Shown piece after piece: positions 41,434 to 50,374 of a stretch of DNA of 64,000 nucleotides. A model generated the notes under the pieces. That model worked only from the letters and a program-made list of their open reading frames with translations, was not told where the DNA came from and did no database searches. The stretch's first letter is position 1, and each line of letters begins with the position of its first letter. The stretch lies in NCBI GenBank assembly GCA_048213135.1, contig PS015010.1, forward strand, positions 1,054,001 through 1,118,000. Direction: 5' to 3'. A program made the translations under genes and the position numbers. Source of the stretch: Reclinomonas americana ATCC 50394. Lineage: Eukaryota.

Positions 41434-42285
41434 TTGCCTCCCCAAACTTACATAGTGAATCCTTCTTTTCATATACAATCCCCGGACCTTGATACCGCCT
41501 CGTCGCATTTGTTTGTAGAAGCGGGGCCTGCGGCGGTTTCCATTGCCGTACTCAACGACAGGAATTGTTTTACAGCCGTGGTGCTGTACCCCCTGCAGGC
41601 AGCAGGCGATACCGGTAGCCTGGTGAGCCAGTTGCAGGATATCCTGCAGGATGAGCCTTTACTGCAGTTAAGCTACCGCAAAACCGCCATCATCTGGAAT
41701 TTCAGGGAAAGCAGTATCATTCCGGCGGAATACATGAACAGGGCTGCCAACAATGAATTGCTCGACCTGGTATATGGACCGTCTGATAACAGTGCCATAC
41801 GAACAGACTTCCTTTACCGTTCCAACCTTCATAATATTTACCGTGTTCCCGAACCGGCAGACGCCCTGTTCCGGAATAAATTCCTTTTTGCCAGCCATAC
41901 CCATCAATATTCTGTATTGCCGGAGGCGGCAGGTAAAGGAGAGGGTAACCGCCTGTGGGTGGCTTTTAACGGCGGCGGGCTCACCGTTATCTTATTTAAA
42001 GATGAAAAATTCCAGCTGGTACAACAGTTCCGCTATTCCGGTGCCGATGATGCGGCTTATTACCTGCTGAACACCTGCCAGCGTTTTGATATTGACCCGT
42101 CTGAAGTACAACTGCAACTCTGCGGTATGATTGACGCGGATTCCAATTTGTATATCGGCATCTATAAATATTTCATGAACATCAGCTGGTTTGAATTGCC
42201 GGACGGTTTTGAGTACAGCCCGGAGATCAAAGAACAGCCCGCTCATTTTTTCAGTCCTTTATTCGCCACAGCAGCATGCGTATAA
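41434..42285 (+). CDS. DUF3822 family protein
   Basis: Typical position upstream of rsmD in Bacteroidota; DDAAYYLL motif. Confidence 0.8.
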   Translation: MPPQTYIVNPSFHIQSPDLDTASSHLFVEAGPAAVSIAVLNDRNCFTAVVLYPLQAAGDTGSLVSQLQDILQDEPLLQLSYRKTAIIWNFRESSIIPAEYMNRAANNELLDLVYGPSDNSAIRTDFLYRSNLHNIYRVPEPADALFRNKFLFASHTHQYSVLPEAAGKGEGNRLWVAFNGGGLTVILFKDEKFQLVQQFRYSGADDAAYYLLNTCQRFDIDPSEVQLQLCGMIDADSNLYIGIYKYFMNISWFELPDGFEYSPEIKEQPAHFFSPLFATAACV

Positions 42286-42815
42286 TCAGCGGCATACACG
42301 GTGGAAGGCGCATCAACCCGCCTGCGCATATGCCACATACGAGGCCCACTACGGATATTGCCAAGGAAGGGCTTTTCAACATCATCCAGAATAACCTGGA
42401 AGTAGACGAACTGAAAGTACTTGATCTTTTTGGCGGCACTGGCTGCATCAGCTACGAACTGGCCAGCAGGGGAGCGCCCGACATTACCATCGTGGAAAAA
42501 GACCCGCAGATGTACGAGTTCATTAAAAAGACCTCGCAGATGCTGGCGTTTGAAAATTTTAAAGTGGTGAAACAGGATGTCTTCCGTTTTATTGACAACG
42601 CCACTGGCCCATACAACTTCATTTTTGCCGGTCCGCCTTATGCCCTCGCCGCCATCGACGACCTGCCCCTGCGTATTTTTGAAAAACAGCTGGTTGCCAA
42701 AGGCGGCTGGTTCGTGCTGGAACATACCCCCCGGAACGATTACAAAAAATTTGACCATTACAGGACCGAACGGAACTACGGTACTACCATCTTTTCTATT
42801 TTTGTGCAGGAGTAG
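42276..42815 (+). CDS. rsmD: 16S rRNA m2G966 methyltransferase RsmD family
   Basis: MRIISG, RPTTD, LDLFGGTG, GPPY. Confidence 0.92.
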   Translation: MRIISGIHGGRRINPPAHMPHTRPTTDIAKEGLFNIIQNNLEVDELKVLDLFGGTGCISYELASRGAPDITIVEKDPQMYEFIKKTSQMLAFENFKVVKQDVFRFIDNATGPYNFIFAGPPYALAAIDDLPLRIFEKQLVAKGGWFVLEHTPRNDYKKFDHYRTERNYGTTIFSIFVQE

Positions 42816-42864
42816 ATGAATGTGCGGATAAGCAGATGTGCGAATAAAGTCAAAAAGCTTCTTT

Positions 42865-43434
42865 ATGACTAAAAAGGAGATCCGTAAAATATACAGGGAA
42901 CGCCGGCTGGCGATGAGCGCTTCAGAACAGAACCGTGCCGATGACCTGTTGCTCATCCAGTTCCAGCAACTGGGAATAGAGATACCCGGCACCATCATGA
43001 CTTACGCGGCCATGGAAAAATTCAGGGAATTCGATCCGCATTTAATTACAGATTATTGCCATTTTAAAAATCCCAATGCTGTCCTTTGCTACACCGTCAT
43101 CAATAAGGAAAGTAATACCATGCAGGCGATGCGTGTGACGGCTGATACGGTTTTTGAACTGAATGAATATGGTATTGCCGAACCCGTAGATGGCGTGCCC
43201 GTATTTACCGGGGAGATTGATATGGTACTGTTGCCCCTGTTGTATTTTGATGATGAAGCCAACCGTGTAGGCTATGGCAAAGGGTATTACGACCGCTTCC
43301 TGGCCCATTGCCGGCTGGATTGCGTGAAAATCGGTTTCAGTTATTTTGAACCTGTTGAAACAATTGACGACCTGCACGAATACGATATAAAACTCGACTA
43401 TGGTATCACTCCCGGTGGTATCTTTGTATTTTAA
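42865..43434 (+). CDS. 5-formyltetrahydrofolate cyclo-ligase
   Basis: YGIAEP, RVGYGKGYYDRFL, HEYDIKLD. Confidence 0.93.
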   Translation: MTKKEIRKIYRERRLAMSASEQNRADDLLLIQFQQLGIEIPGTIMTYAAMEKFREFDPHLITDYCHFKNPNAVLCYTVINKESNTMQAMRVTADTVFELNEYGIAEPVDGVPVFTGEIDMVLLPLLYFDDEANRVGYGKGYYDRFLAHCRLDCVKIGFSYFEPVETIDDLHEYDIKLDYGITPGGIFVF

Positions 43435-43448
43435 CAAAGAGACGAGGC

Positions 43449-44513
43449 ATGCTGAAAAGTTTCAGGTATCTGTTACTCCCATTTTCCCTGTTATATGGCG
43501 CCGCCGTATGGTTGCGGAACTATTTGTATGATAAGAATATCCTCAAATCAGCGTCTTTCAATTTTCCCATTATCTGTATCGGTAACCTGGCCGCTGGCGG
43601 AACGGGCAAAACGCCGATGGTGGAATACCTCATCCGTCTCTTATCAAAGGATTTTGACACAGCTACATTAAGCCGTGGTTACAAACGCAAAACGAAGGGT
43701 TTTGCCATTGCCGGTGGAGGGACTACTGCACTGGAGATTGGTGATGAGCCTATGCAATTTCACCAAAAATTTCCCGGCGTTACCGTAGCGGTGGGAGAGG
43801 AACGCCTGGTAGCCATACCCCAGTTGCTGCATGAAAAACCAGGTACACAAGTCATATTGCTCGATGATGCATTCCAGCACCGGCCCGTAAAAGCGGGCCT
43901 GAACATCCTGCTCACAGAATACCGCAATCTGTATACCCGCGACCTGATGTTGCCTTCGGGCGACCTCCGCGATGTACGCACCAGCCGTCACCGTGCCGAT
44001 ATCATCATCGTTACGAAGTGCAAGCCAACGCTGACTGCAGAAGAGAAAGAAGCGATAAGAAAAGAGATCAACCCGGATGAAGGTCAGCAGCTTTTTTTTA
44101 CCAGCATCAGCTATTCCCACCCGCATCATTTGTTCAATAACCAACTGTCGGACATACGGCCGGAAACAGAAATACTGCTCGTATGCGGTATCGCTAACCC
44201 GGCGCCTTTAAAGGAATACCTTACCACGCATATGCACAGTTATGAAATGCTGCGCTATCCTGACCATCACATCTTTCACAGCGACGACCTGGCGGATATC
44301 AAAAAACATTTTTCCAAACTGGCATCGGAAGATAAGATCATCCTTACTACGGAGAAAGACGCCGTACGCCTGTTAAAATTCGAAGAGGAACTGAAAGACT
44401 TTCCCATTTATGTAATGCCTATCGAACACCAGTTCCTGTTCAGTGAAGGTGATATCTTTAATAAGACCGTTACCGATTTTGTAAAGAGTTTTACAATCGA
44501 AGATCACCAATAA
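43449..44513 (+). CDS. lpxK: Tetraacyldisaccharide 4'-kinase
   Basis: GNLAAGGTGKTP, LSRGY, GDEP, DDAFQH, PDHH, TTEKD. Confidence 0.97.
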   Translation: MLKSFRYLLLPFSLLYGAAVWLRNYLYDKNILKSASFNFPIICIGNLAAGGTGKTPMVEYLIRLLSKDFDTATLSRGYKRKTKGFAIAGGGTTALEIGDEPMQFHQKFPGVTVAVGEERLVAIPQLLHEKPGTQVILLDDAFQHRPVKAGLNILLTEYRNLYTRDLMLPSGDLRDVRTSRHRADIIIVTKCKPTLTAEEKEAIRKEINPDEGQQLFFTSISYSHPHHLFNNQLSDIRPETEILLVCGIANPAPLKEYLTTHMHSYEMLRYPDHHIFHSDDLADIKKHFSKLASEDKIILTTEKDAVRLLKFEEELKDFPIYVMPIEHQFLFSEGDIFNKTVTDFVKSFTIEDHQ

Positions 44514-44531
44514 ATATTCAATCTTACACGA

Positions 44532-46493
44532 TCAATTGATCTTTCTCCAGTCGGTTCCGTCAGATATCAACTGAACGCTGGCATCGATGGCTATCGTGGT
44601 TGACGTGGAGGTATTACCCGTGTAGTAAGAGGAAGTAGCGAGCACATCTGTGCCGTGATTGACGAGGAGGTACATACGTCCCACGCAGGAAGCCGCCGCA
44701 GGTAAAGTGAAAGTATTGCCTGTGCCGCCATTGTAGATAACACAATAATGACTGCCCGTAAGCGTAAGCGAACCGTTGGTGGTATTCACTTTCGCTGCAA
44801 CGGAACCGTTGACCATAAGGGTAGAAGTGGGGGTGATGTTACCGATGCCCACATTGCCGTTCTTCCAGGCTTCTATTACGTTGGAACGGGCGGAGCTGGT
44901 ACCGTTGCCGATGGCCAGTATACGGTCGGCAGTATTAAAGGCCGTAGCATCAGCCGCGGTATATTCTGTGGCATAAGTGCCCGCTACCAGCTCACCGAAA
45001 GAAGGCGTGGTATTCCACACACCGAAAGCTGCAGCGTTCCTCCCTGTAACATTATTGAACATGCCAATAGTAAATGCCTGGTCGTTGCCGGCATTATTCG
45101 AAAAACCCATGGCCGCGGAATGGTTACCACTGGCGGTATTGCTTCTGCCCAACGCGAAATTCACATACCCGTTCACCGTATTCTGAAAACCCAGCGCACC
45201 GGACGAACCACTGGTCACGGTATTTTGCTCGCCGAGTGCAAAGCTGCTGTTGCCGCTGATGTTATTGTTTGCACCCGTCGCAAAACTGGTGGAACTAACA
45301 ATGCTATTAGCATTCCCTGTTGCAAAACTGGTGGTTCCTGAAACGGAATTAGAAGAGCCCAGTGCCGCGGCGTTGTTGGCGGATACGTTATTATTATACC
45401 CTGCTGCAAAACCATAGGCGGCATTAAGCACCTTGTTATACCCGCCTAATGATGAAGCGCCAAAACCACTCACGGTATCTCTTAAGCCGATAGAGCTGCT
45501 GTAATCACCTGTTGCTTCGGAAAAATGTCCCATGGCGAGTGATGCAAAACCGGCGCTGTGGTTTTCGCGGCCGATGGCTACGGCAAAAGAACTGGTCTCG
45601 GCAATATTGCCTTCACCGATAGCAATACTGTAACTGGAGCTGGCCCGTGCGTTCTGTCCAAGCCCTATTGAATAATCGCCGATGTTGGCATTGTCCCACT
45701 GTGTGCCCGACACATTGCCAGCCCGCAACGCCGCTTTACGCGGACTGAAAAACATCCTGGTGCCTGCGCCGGTGGGTTCAATCGCCGTGCTGCTGCCAAA
45801 GGTTCCTGATACAAGGAAGTTTCCACTGGCCACATGCAAAGCACTGCTGGGATTATTAACGCCGATACCCACATTGCCGGTGCCTTCCATCGTCATAATA
45901 TATTTTGTACCGATGGTGCCCGCCGCATCAACACCCGACTGCCAGGTATAAAAATCAATGGCATTGCCGGTAGCGCCGCCGCTGTTGTGGCGGGTTTTTA
46001 TCGCATGCCGATAGTTGTTGGTATTGTTGAACCCAAAAGATATCTGTGTACTGGTAAAAGATGCACTGGTATTGCCGCTGCGCAACAAAAGAGAATTACT
46101 TCCGGCGCTGGTACCTGTTACATCCAGCAAAGCGTTGGGAGCCGTAACGCCGATGCCGACATTAGCGCCTGTATTGTTATAAATATTTCCTGCCGATAAT
46201 GTCCAGTAATTGTTAGCGTTGGCACCGGTGGGAATAGCTGTCCAGGCGGTACCATTATAAAAATAGAATTGGTTTAGGCTGTTGTCATATACGGTCAGCC
46301 CCGTAGCCGGGCCGGTGATCGCCGTTCTTTCCGCGGTTGTCATCCGGGGAATAAGAATACCTTTGGTGGTACTGGAAACATCCAGCATAGCGCTGGCATC
46401 GGCGGTGGCACTGGTACTGTTGACCGCCAGTCCCTGGGAAAAGGAAGGCAGCACAGCAAATAAAATCAGGACGGATAAGATTGATCTTCTCAT
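44532..46493 (-). CDS. Secreted adhesin/fibre-like protein with Hep/Hag (YadA-head-like) 14-residue repeats
   Basis: Signal peptide; SAMLDVSSTTKGILIPRMT domain; many (S/A)FAxGxxNxxS repeats; GNVGIG motifs. Confidence 0.8.
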   Translation of the reverse strand: MRRSILSVLILFAVLPSFSQGLAVNSTSATADASAMLDVSSTTKGILIPRMTTAERTAITGPATGLTVYDNSLNQFYFYNGTAWTAIPTGANANNYWTLSAGNIYNNTGANVGIGVTAPNALLDVTGTSAGSNSLLLRSGNTSASFTSTQISFGFNNTNNYRHAIKTRHNSGGATGNAIDFYTWQSGVDAAGTIGTKYIMTMEGTGNVGIGVNNPSSALHVASGNFLVSGTFGSSTAIEPTGAGTRMFFSPRKAALRAGNVSGTQWDNANIGDYSIGLGQNARASSSYSIAIGEGNIAETSSFAVAIGRENHSAGFASLAMGHFSEATGDYSSSIGLRDTVSGFGASSLGGYNKVLNAAYGFAAGYNNNVSANNAAALGSSNSVSGTTSFATGNANSIVSSTSFATGANNNISGNSSFALGEQNTVTSGSSGALGFQNTVNGYVNFALGRSNTASGNHSAAMGFSNNAGNDQAFTIGMFNNVTGRNAAAFGVWNTTPSFGELVAGTYATEYTAADATAFNTADRILAIGNGTSSARSNVIEAWKNGNVGIGNITPTSTLMVNGSVAAKVNTTNGSLTLTGSHYCVIYNGGTGNTFTLPAAASCVGRMYLLVNHGTDVLATSSYYTGNTSTSTTIAIDASVQLISDGTDWRKIN

Positions 46494-46513
46494 GATGGTT
46501 AAGTTAGGTACTG

Positions 46514-46545
46514 GTTAGACGTTGGCAGCGGGTAAAACTCTTCGG
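46514..46545 (-). promoter_or_regulatory. ECF-type promoter of the adhesin-like gene
   Basis: CCGAAGAGTTTT-N12-CGTCTAAC on the minus strand, ending 20 nt before ATG 46493; matches the motif at 46650. Confidence 0.65.
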
Positions 46546-46649
46546 ATACAAGATACGGGATGGAATACCACAAATGCAATAGTCCAGCCATATCTGGTAT
46601 CCTGTATCTCATGTATGCCGCATCTCATATCTCAATTCTTCCCCCGCAT

Positions 46650-46680
46650 CCGAAGGTTTTTGTAAGTTGTACCGTCTAAC
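46650..46680 (+). promoter_or_regulatory. ECF-type (autoregulatory) promoter of the ECF sigma operon
   Basis: CCGAAGGTTTTT-N11-CGTCTAAC; CGTC is a common ECF -10 core. Confidence 0.65.
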
Positions 46681-46699
46681 AACAAAACCACACGGCCGT

Positions 46700-47263
46700 T
46701 TGACTGAAAATGAACTGATCCTCGGATTGAGGGAAAGGGATGAGCATGCATTCCGGGAGCTTGTTGCCCGGTACCAGGATCGTGTGTACAACACAGCGCT
46801 GGGCCTGCTGCAGCACACGACCGACGCGGAAGACATTGCACAGGAAGTATTTATACAGGTATACAGGTCCATAAGCGGTTTTAAAGAAGAGGCCCGCCTG
46901 TCGACCTGGATTTACCGGATAACCGTCACCAAAAGTCTTGATCACCTGCGCAGTAAAAAAAGGAAGAAGCGCTTTGGCCTGGTCAGCAGCCTGTTCGGGG
47001 CCGGTAATGAACCCCTGCATGAGCCTGCCGATTTTAATCACCCAGGCATCCGTGCCGAGAGCCGGGAAGACGCAGCCTTTCTCTTTCGCCTCATCAACCG
47101 TATCCCCGAAAGCCAGAAAACGGTGTTCATCCTGAGTAAAGTGGAAGAACTGAGTTACCGGGAAATAGCTGAAGTGCTCGATACCACTGAAAAAGCTGTG
47201 GACGCACTCCTGCAAAGGGCCAAACAAAACCTGAGGAAAATGATACAAAACCAGAAACCATAA
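46700..47263 (+). CDS. ECF sigma-70 factor
   Basis: DAEDIAQEVF, STWIYRI, LSYREIAEVL...LLQRAK. TTG 46700 is preferred because it lies downstream of the promoter motif. Confidence 0.93.
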   Translation: MTENELILGLRERDEHAFRELVARYQDRVYNTALGLLQHTTDAEDIAQEVFIQVYRSISGFKEEARLSTWIYRITVTKSLDHLRSKKRKKRFGLVSSLFGAGNEPLHEPADFNHPGIRAESREDAAFLFRLINRIPESQKTVFILSKVEELSYREIAEVLDTTEKAVDALLQRAKQNLRKMIQNQKP

Positions 47264-47286
47264 ATCTTAAATATAAAATCTGAAAT

Positions 47287-47592
47287 ATGAAACAACATCC
47301 CGATCCCGATAAAGTGCTCAGCAGCCTCGACGGTATCCAAAAGGCAGAAGCGCCGCCGTTCTTTTACGGCATGCTCAGGGCCCGTATGGAGAAGGGAATA
47401 CCCGAAACAACCATAAGGAAGCCTATGGCATTGCGGCCCGTACTGGCTACTGCCGTGCTTTCCATAGCGCTGTTTGTCAATATTGTATTGCTGACACAGA
47501 AAAAAACGACGGTACAAAATACCCCGGAGCAGCCCGCAACGATTGAATCGTTTGCCAGTGCTTACGGGTTGGGAACATCATCTGTTTATTGA
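47287..47592 (+). CDS. Putative single-TM anti-sigma factor
   Basis: Small protein with one TM helix, directly after the ECF sigma gene. Confidence 0.65.
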   Translation: MKQHPDPDKVLSSLDGIQKAEAPPFFYGMLRARMEKGIPETTIRKPMALRPVLATAVLSIALFVNIVLLTQKKTTVQNTPEQPATIESFASAYGLGTSSVY

Positions 47593-47608
47593 GTAAACTC
47601 AAGAGGAT

Positions 47609-48172
47609 ATGAGCATTTTTAACAACAATCGCTGGATGACCATAGTGGTACTGCTTTTACTGGCAGCCAACATTACCACGCTGGTACTGCTCTGGAATCG
47701 CGGTAGTAATGATAAGGTGGCAGAGAGGCCGGTGCCTGCGCAGGGCGGAGGTGGCCCATTTGAATACCTGAGCCGTGAGCTGAAACTCGACGATCAGCAA
47801 AAGGAAGCCTATGCCAAACTCCGCGATGAACACCGCAGCAGGGCCGATATTCTGGAACAGGACATCCGCAAAGCGAAAGATGATTATTTCGGTCTGCTGA
47901 AAACACCTGGTGTATCCGATTCAACGTTAAAGCCTTACCTGGACAGGATCACGGCAAAAGAAGGCGAACTGGATCTGTACACTTTCCATCACTTCCAGGA
48001 TGTGCGCAAGCTTTGCAACCCGCAACAGCAGCAGCGTTTTGATGAGATCATCCAGGAAGCCCTGCACAATATGCGCCCCGGTCGCAGGGGGCCTCCGCCA
48101 CCGGGAGCAGGTGGTCCGCCAAAAGGACCGAATGGTATGCACCCGCAGGGGCCTCCACCGCCACAGCAATAA
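47609..48172 (+). CDS. Spy/CpxP/ZraP-like periplasmic protein
   Basis: N-terminal TM, LKLDDQQ and LCNPQQQ (LTxxQ-like) motifs, Pro/Gly-rich tail. Confidence 0.8.
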   Translation: MSIFNNNRWMTIVVLLLLAANITTLVLLWNRGSNDKVAERPVPAQGGGGPFEYLSRELKLDDQQKEAYAKLRDEHRSRADILEQDIRKAKDDYFGLLKTPGVSDSTLKPYLDRITAKEGELDLYTFHHFQDVRKLCNPQQQQRFDEIIQEALHNMRPGRRGPPPPGAGGPPKGPNGMHPQGPPPPQQ

Positions 48173-48176
48173 AAGA

Positions 48177-48207
48177 GCGGGGGATTTTTAAAAAATGATC
48201 GTCCAAC
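48177..48207 (+). promoter_or_regulatory. Third copy of the ECF-type promoter, upstream of the YHYH gene
   Basis: GCGGGGGATTTTT-N10-CGTCCAAC; aligns without gaps to the 46650-46680 motif. Confidence 0.55.
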
Positions 48208-48219
48208 AAAAAACGGATT

Positions 48220-48987
48220 ATGAAAAAACAACTGTTTGCCTTTTTACCGGGAATCGCCTGTCTGCTCCTTACCGGGTCTTCCTGTTCCAAGGGAGATGAT
48301 TCGGGTTCATCAGGTGGTGGAGGTTCAGTTACTACTGTACCTGCTGTATTTTCCAAATTCAGCGCGGTGGTTACCATTTCGCTGGAGGGTAATTATATCG
48401 TGTTAAAATCAAACGGGCTCACCGATCATAAAAGTCCTTACTACCAGGGCACAGCCTGGGCGGCCACCATGTATGAAGCATACAATGGTACCAACCCCAA
48501 TTTTATGATCAATCCCAACCGTATTGCCTCGTTTAATTATACATTTAAAATACCAGCCAGTCCTGCTGTGAATGCCACGCATGCCGCTACACCACTGGGC
48601 CCCATTGGTATTTCGGTGAACGGTGTTCCTTTATTCAACCAGTATGCCGGGCCTAACCAGCCGCTTACCAACGAGATCAATTCATTCGACCAGTATGGCG
48701 GTCACCCGGCGCCGGGCGGGGCTTATCACTATCATGTAGAACCGCTTTATATTACCGCTACCAAAGGTAAAAGCGCACTCATCGGTTTCCTGCTCGATGG
48801 TTTCCCGGTTTACGGACCCATGGAGAATGGCGTAACGCTTACCAGTTCTAACCTGGATGCTTATCACGGGCATACATCTGTTACGGCGGATTATCCCAAT
48901 GGCATCTATCATTACCATATCACTGCCGATGCGCCGTATATCAATGGTGCTGGCTTTTACGGAACCCCGGGTACCGTAACACAATAG
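48220..48987 (+). CDS. YHYH domain lipoprotein
   Basis: SSC lipobox; two YHYH motifs; GISVNGVP and LDGFPVYG. Confidence 0.92.
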   Translation: MKKQLFAFLPGIACLLLTGSSCSKGDDSGSSGGGGSVTTVPAVFSKFSAVVTISLEGNYIVLKSNGLTDHKSPYYQGTAWAATMYEAYNGTNPNFMINPNRIASFNYTFKIPASPAVNATHAATPLGPIGISVNGVPLFNQYAGPNQPLTNEINSFDQYGGHPAPGGAYHYHVEPLYITATKGKSALIGFLLDGFPVYGPMENGVTLTSSNLDAYHGHTSVTADYPNGIYHYHITADAPYINGAGFYGTPGTVTQ

Positions 48988-48990
48988 TTC

Positions 48991-49668
48991 ATGTTCAGGG
49001 GGATCTTTATATCGATAATTTGTGGTTTACTGAGTTGTACCGGGGTTGGCTGTTACCATGCTCAGCCTTCCCCGCCAACTTCAGTTCAGGCGCATGATTT
49101 GCCTTACTATACCAGCGCCGACTTTACCCCGCACTGGAAAGGAGAGGGAGGTTTTAATCCCGATACCAGTCACCGCATACCGGCATTCGCTTTCACCGAC
49201 CAGGAAGGCAACACCATCAGCGAAGCCACCGTGAGCGGGAAAATATATGTTGCCGATTTTTTCTTCACTTCCTGCGGCGGCATTTGCCCCAAACTGACCA
49301 GTCATATGAAAATGGTGCAGGACAGTTTTATCAACGATTCCGGCATCATATTGCTGTCGCATTCTGTTACCCCAGATAAAGATGATGTACCTGTTTTAAA
49401 GAAATACGCCGTCAACCACGAGGTGAACAGCACCCGCTGGCACCTGCTCACCGGTAATAAAGACTCCATTTATACCATTGCCCGTAAAAGTTATTTCGCC
49501 GATGAAGACCTGGGCCAGCAGCGCAATACACAGGATTTTCTGCACACCGAAAATATGCTGCTGATTGATAAGGACCGCAGAATCCGCGGCATCTACAAAG
49601 GCACATCTGCAGCCGAAATACAAAACCTCATTGCCGACATCCGCTTACTGAAAAAGGAAATACCGTGA
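48991..49668 (+). CDS. SCO1/SenC family copper-binding protein
   Basis: FFFTSCGGICP (CxxxC), DFLHTE conserved His. Confidence 0.93.
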   Translation: MFRGIFISIICGLLSCTGVGCYHAQPSPPTSVQAHDLPYYTSADFTPHWKGEGGFNPDTSHRIPAFAFTDQEGNTISEATVSGKIYVADFFFTSCGGICPKLTSHMKMVQDSFINDSGIILLSHSVTPDKDDVPVLKKYAVNHEVNSTRWHLLTGNKDSIYTIARKSYFADEDLGQQRNTQDFLHTENMLLIDKDRRIRGIYKGTSAAEIQNLIADIRLLKKEIP

Positions 49669-50240
49669 GAGCAGCAGCCATCATCATTGTTGTATTCGCC
49701 GCTATTTTTTCCTGTACATCCGGAAAGAAAGACAGCATTGCCGCAACAGACAAGATCATAGCGGTAACGGATACCTTGCTGCGGTTGCAGAATGGCACCT
49801 GGTACTATGGCGAAGAACTTTTTTCCGGCACCATCATGGAATACTGGCCTGGCGGGCAATGCAAAAGCAGCAGGCAAATAAAGGAAGGGAAGGAGAATGG
49901 ATTTCAGCAGGGCTTTTTTGAGAATGGAACTAAAGAATACTGGCGCTGGTATACCAACGGAGAAAAAGACAGTGTGCATACCAGCTGGTGGCCCAATGGC
50001 CATAAACGGTCAGAGTATCATTTTAAAAAAGGTAATTACGACGGCCTCTTCACCGAATGGTACAACAGCGGTGCAATGTTACAACAGGTTGTTTATGCTG
50101 ATGGTAAAGAGCTGTCCGGCAAAGGCTGGCGCGAGAATGGTAAACCCTACATGAGTTTTGTAATGAAAGACGGGCGGAGGTATGGATTGGTGAATGCGAA
50201 TTTGTGTTATACACTCGTTAAAGAAGAAGTCAAAGAATAA
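49665..50240 (+). CDS. MORN-variant repeat lipoprotein (YwqK-like)
   Basis: FSC lipobox; repeated (Y/W)xxNG...GxxxG units. Confidence 0.85.
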   Translation: MRAAAIIIVVFAAIFSCTSGKKDSIAATDKIIAVTDTLLRLQNGTWYYGEELFSGTIMEYWPGGQCKSSRQIKEGKENGFQQGFFENGTKEYWRWYTNGEKDSVHTSWWPNGHKRSEYHFKKGNYDGLFTEWYNSGAMLQQVVYADGKELSGKGWRENGKPYMSFVMKDGRRYGLVNANLCYTLVKEEVKE

Positions 50241-50373
50241 TTACGAATTACTAATTACGAATGTTTTTGAAGATGAGCAGGTCTTTGATTCACTTCGTTC
50301 CCATATATATTAACCGCAAAGAAAAGAAGAACGCAGAGGTTTCGCGAAGATTAGTAATTCGTAATTCGTAATT
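50239..50373. repeat. Inverted pair of AATTACG heptamer arrays
   Basis: 50239-50262 and complementary 50350-50373, each abutting the stop codon of a convergent gene. Confidence 0.8.
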
Positions 50374-50374
50374 G

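Noticed and set aside
49665-50240. Toxin-antitoxin system implied by the YwqK-like label
   Set aside because: No adjacent toxin; MORN-variant repeats are generic, and the context is a YHYH/SCO lipoprotein operon.
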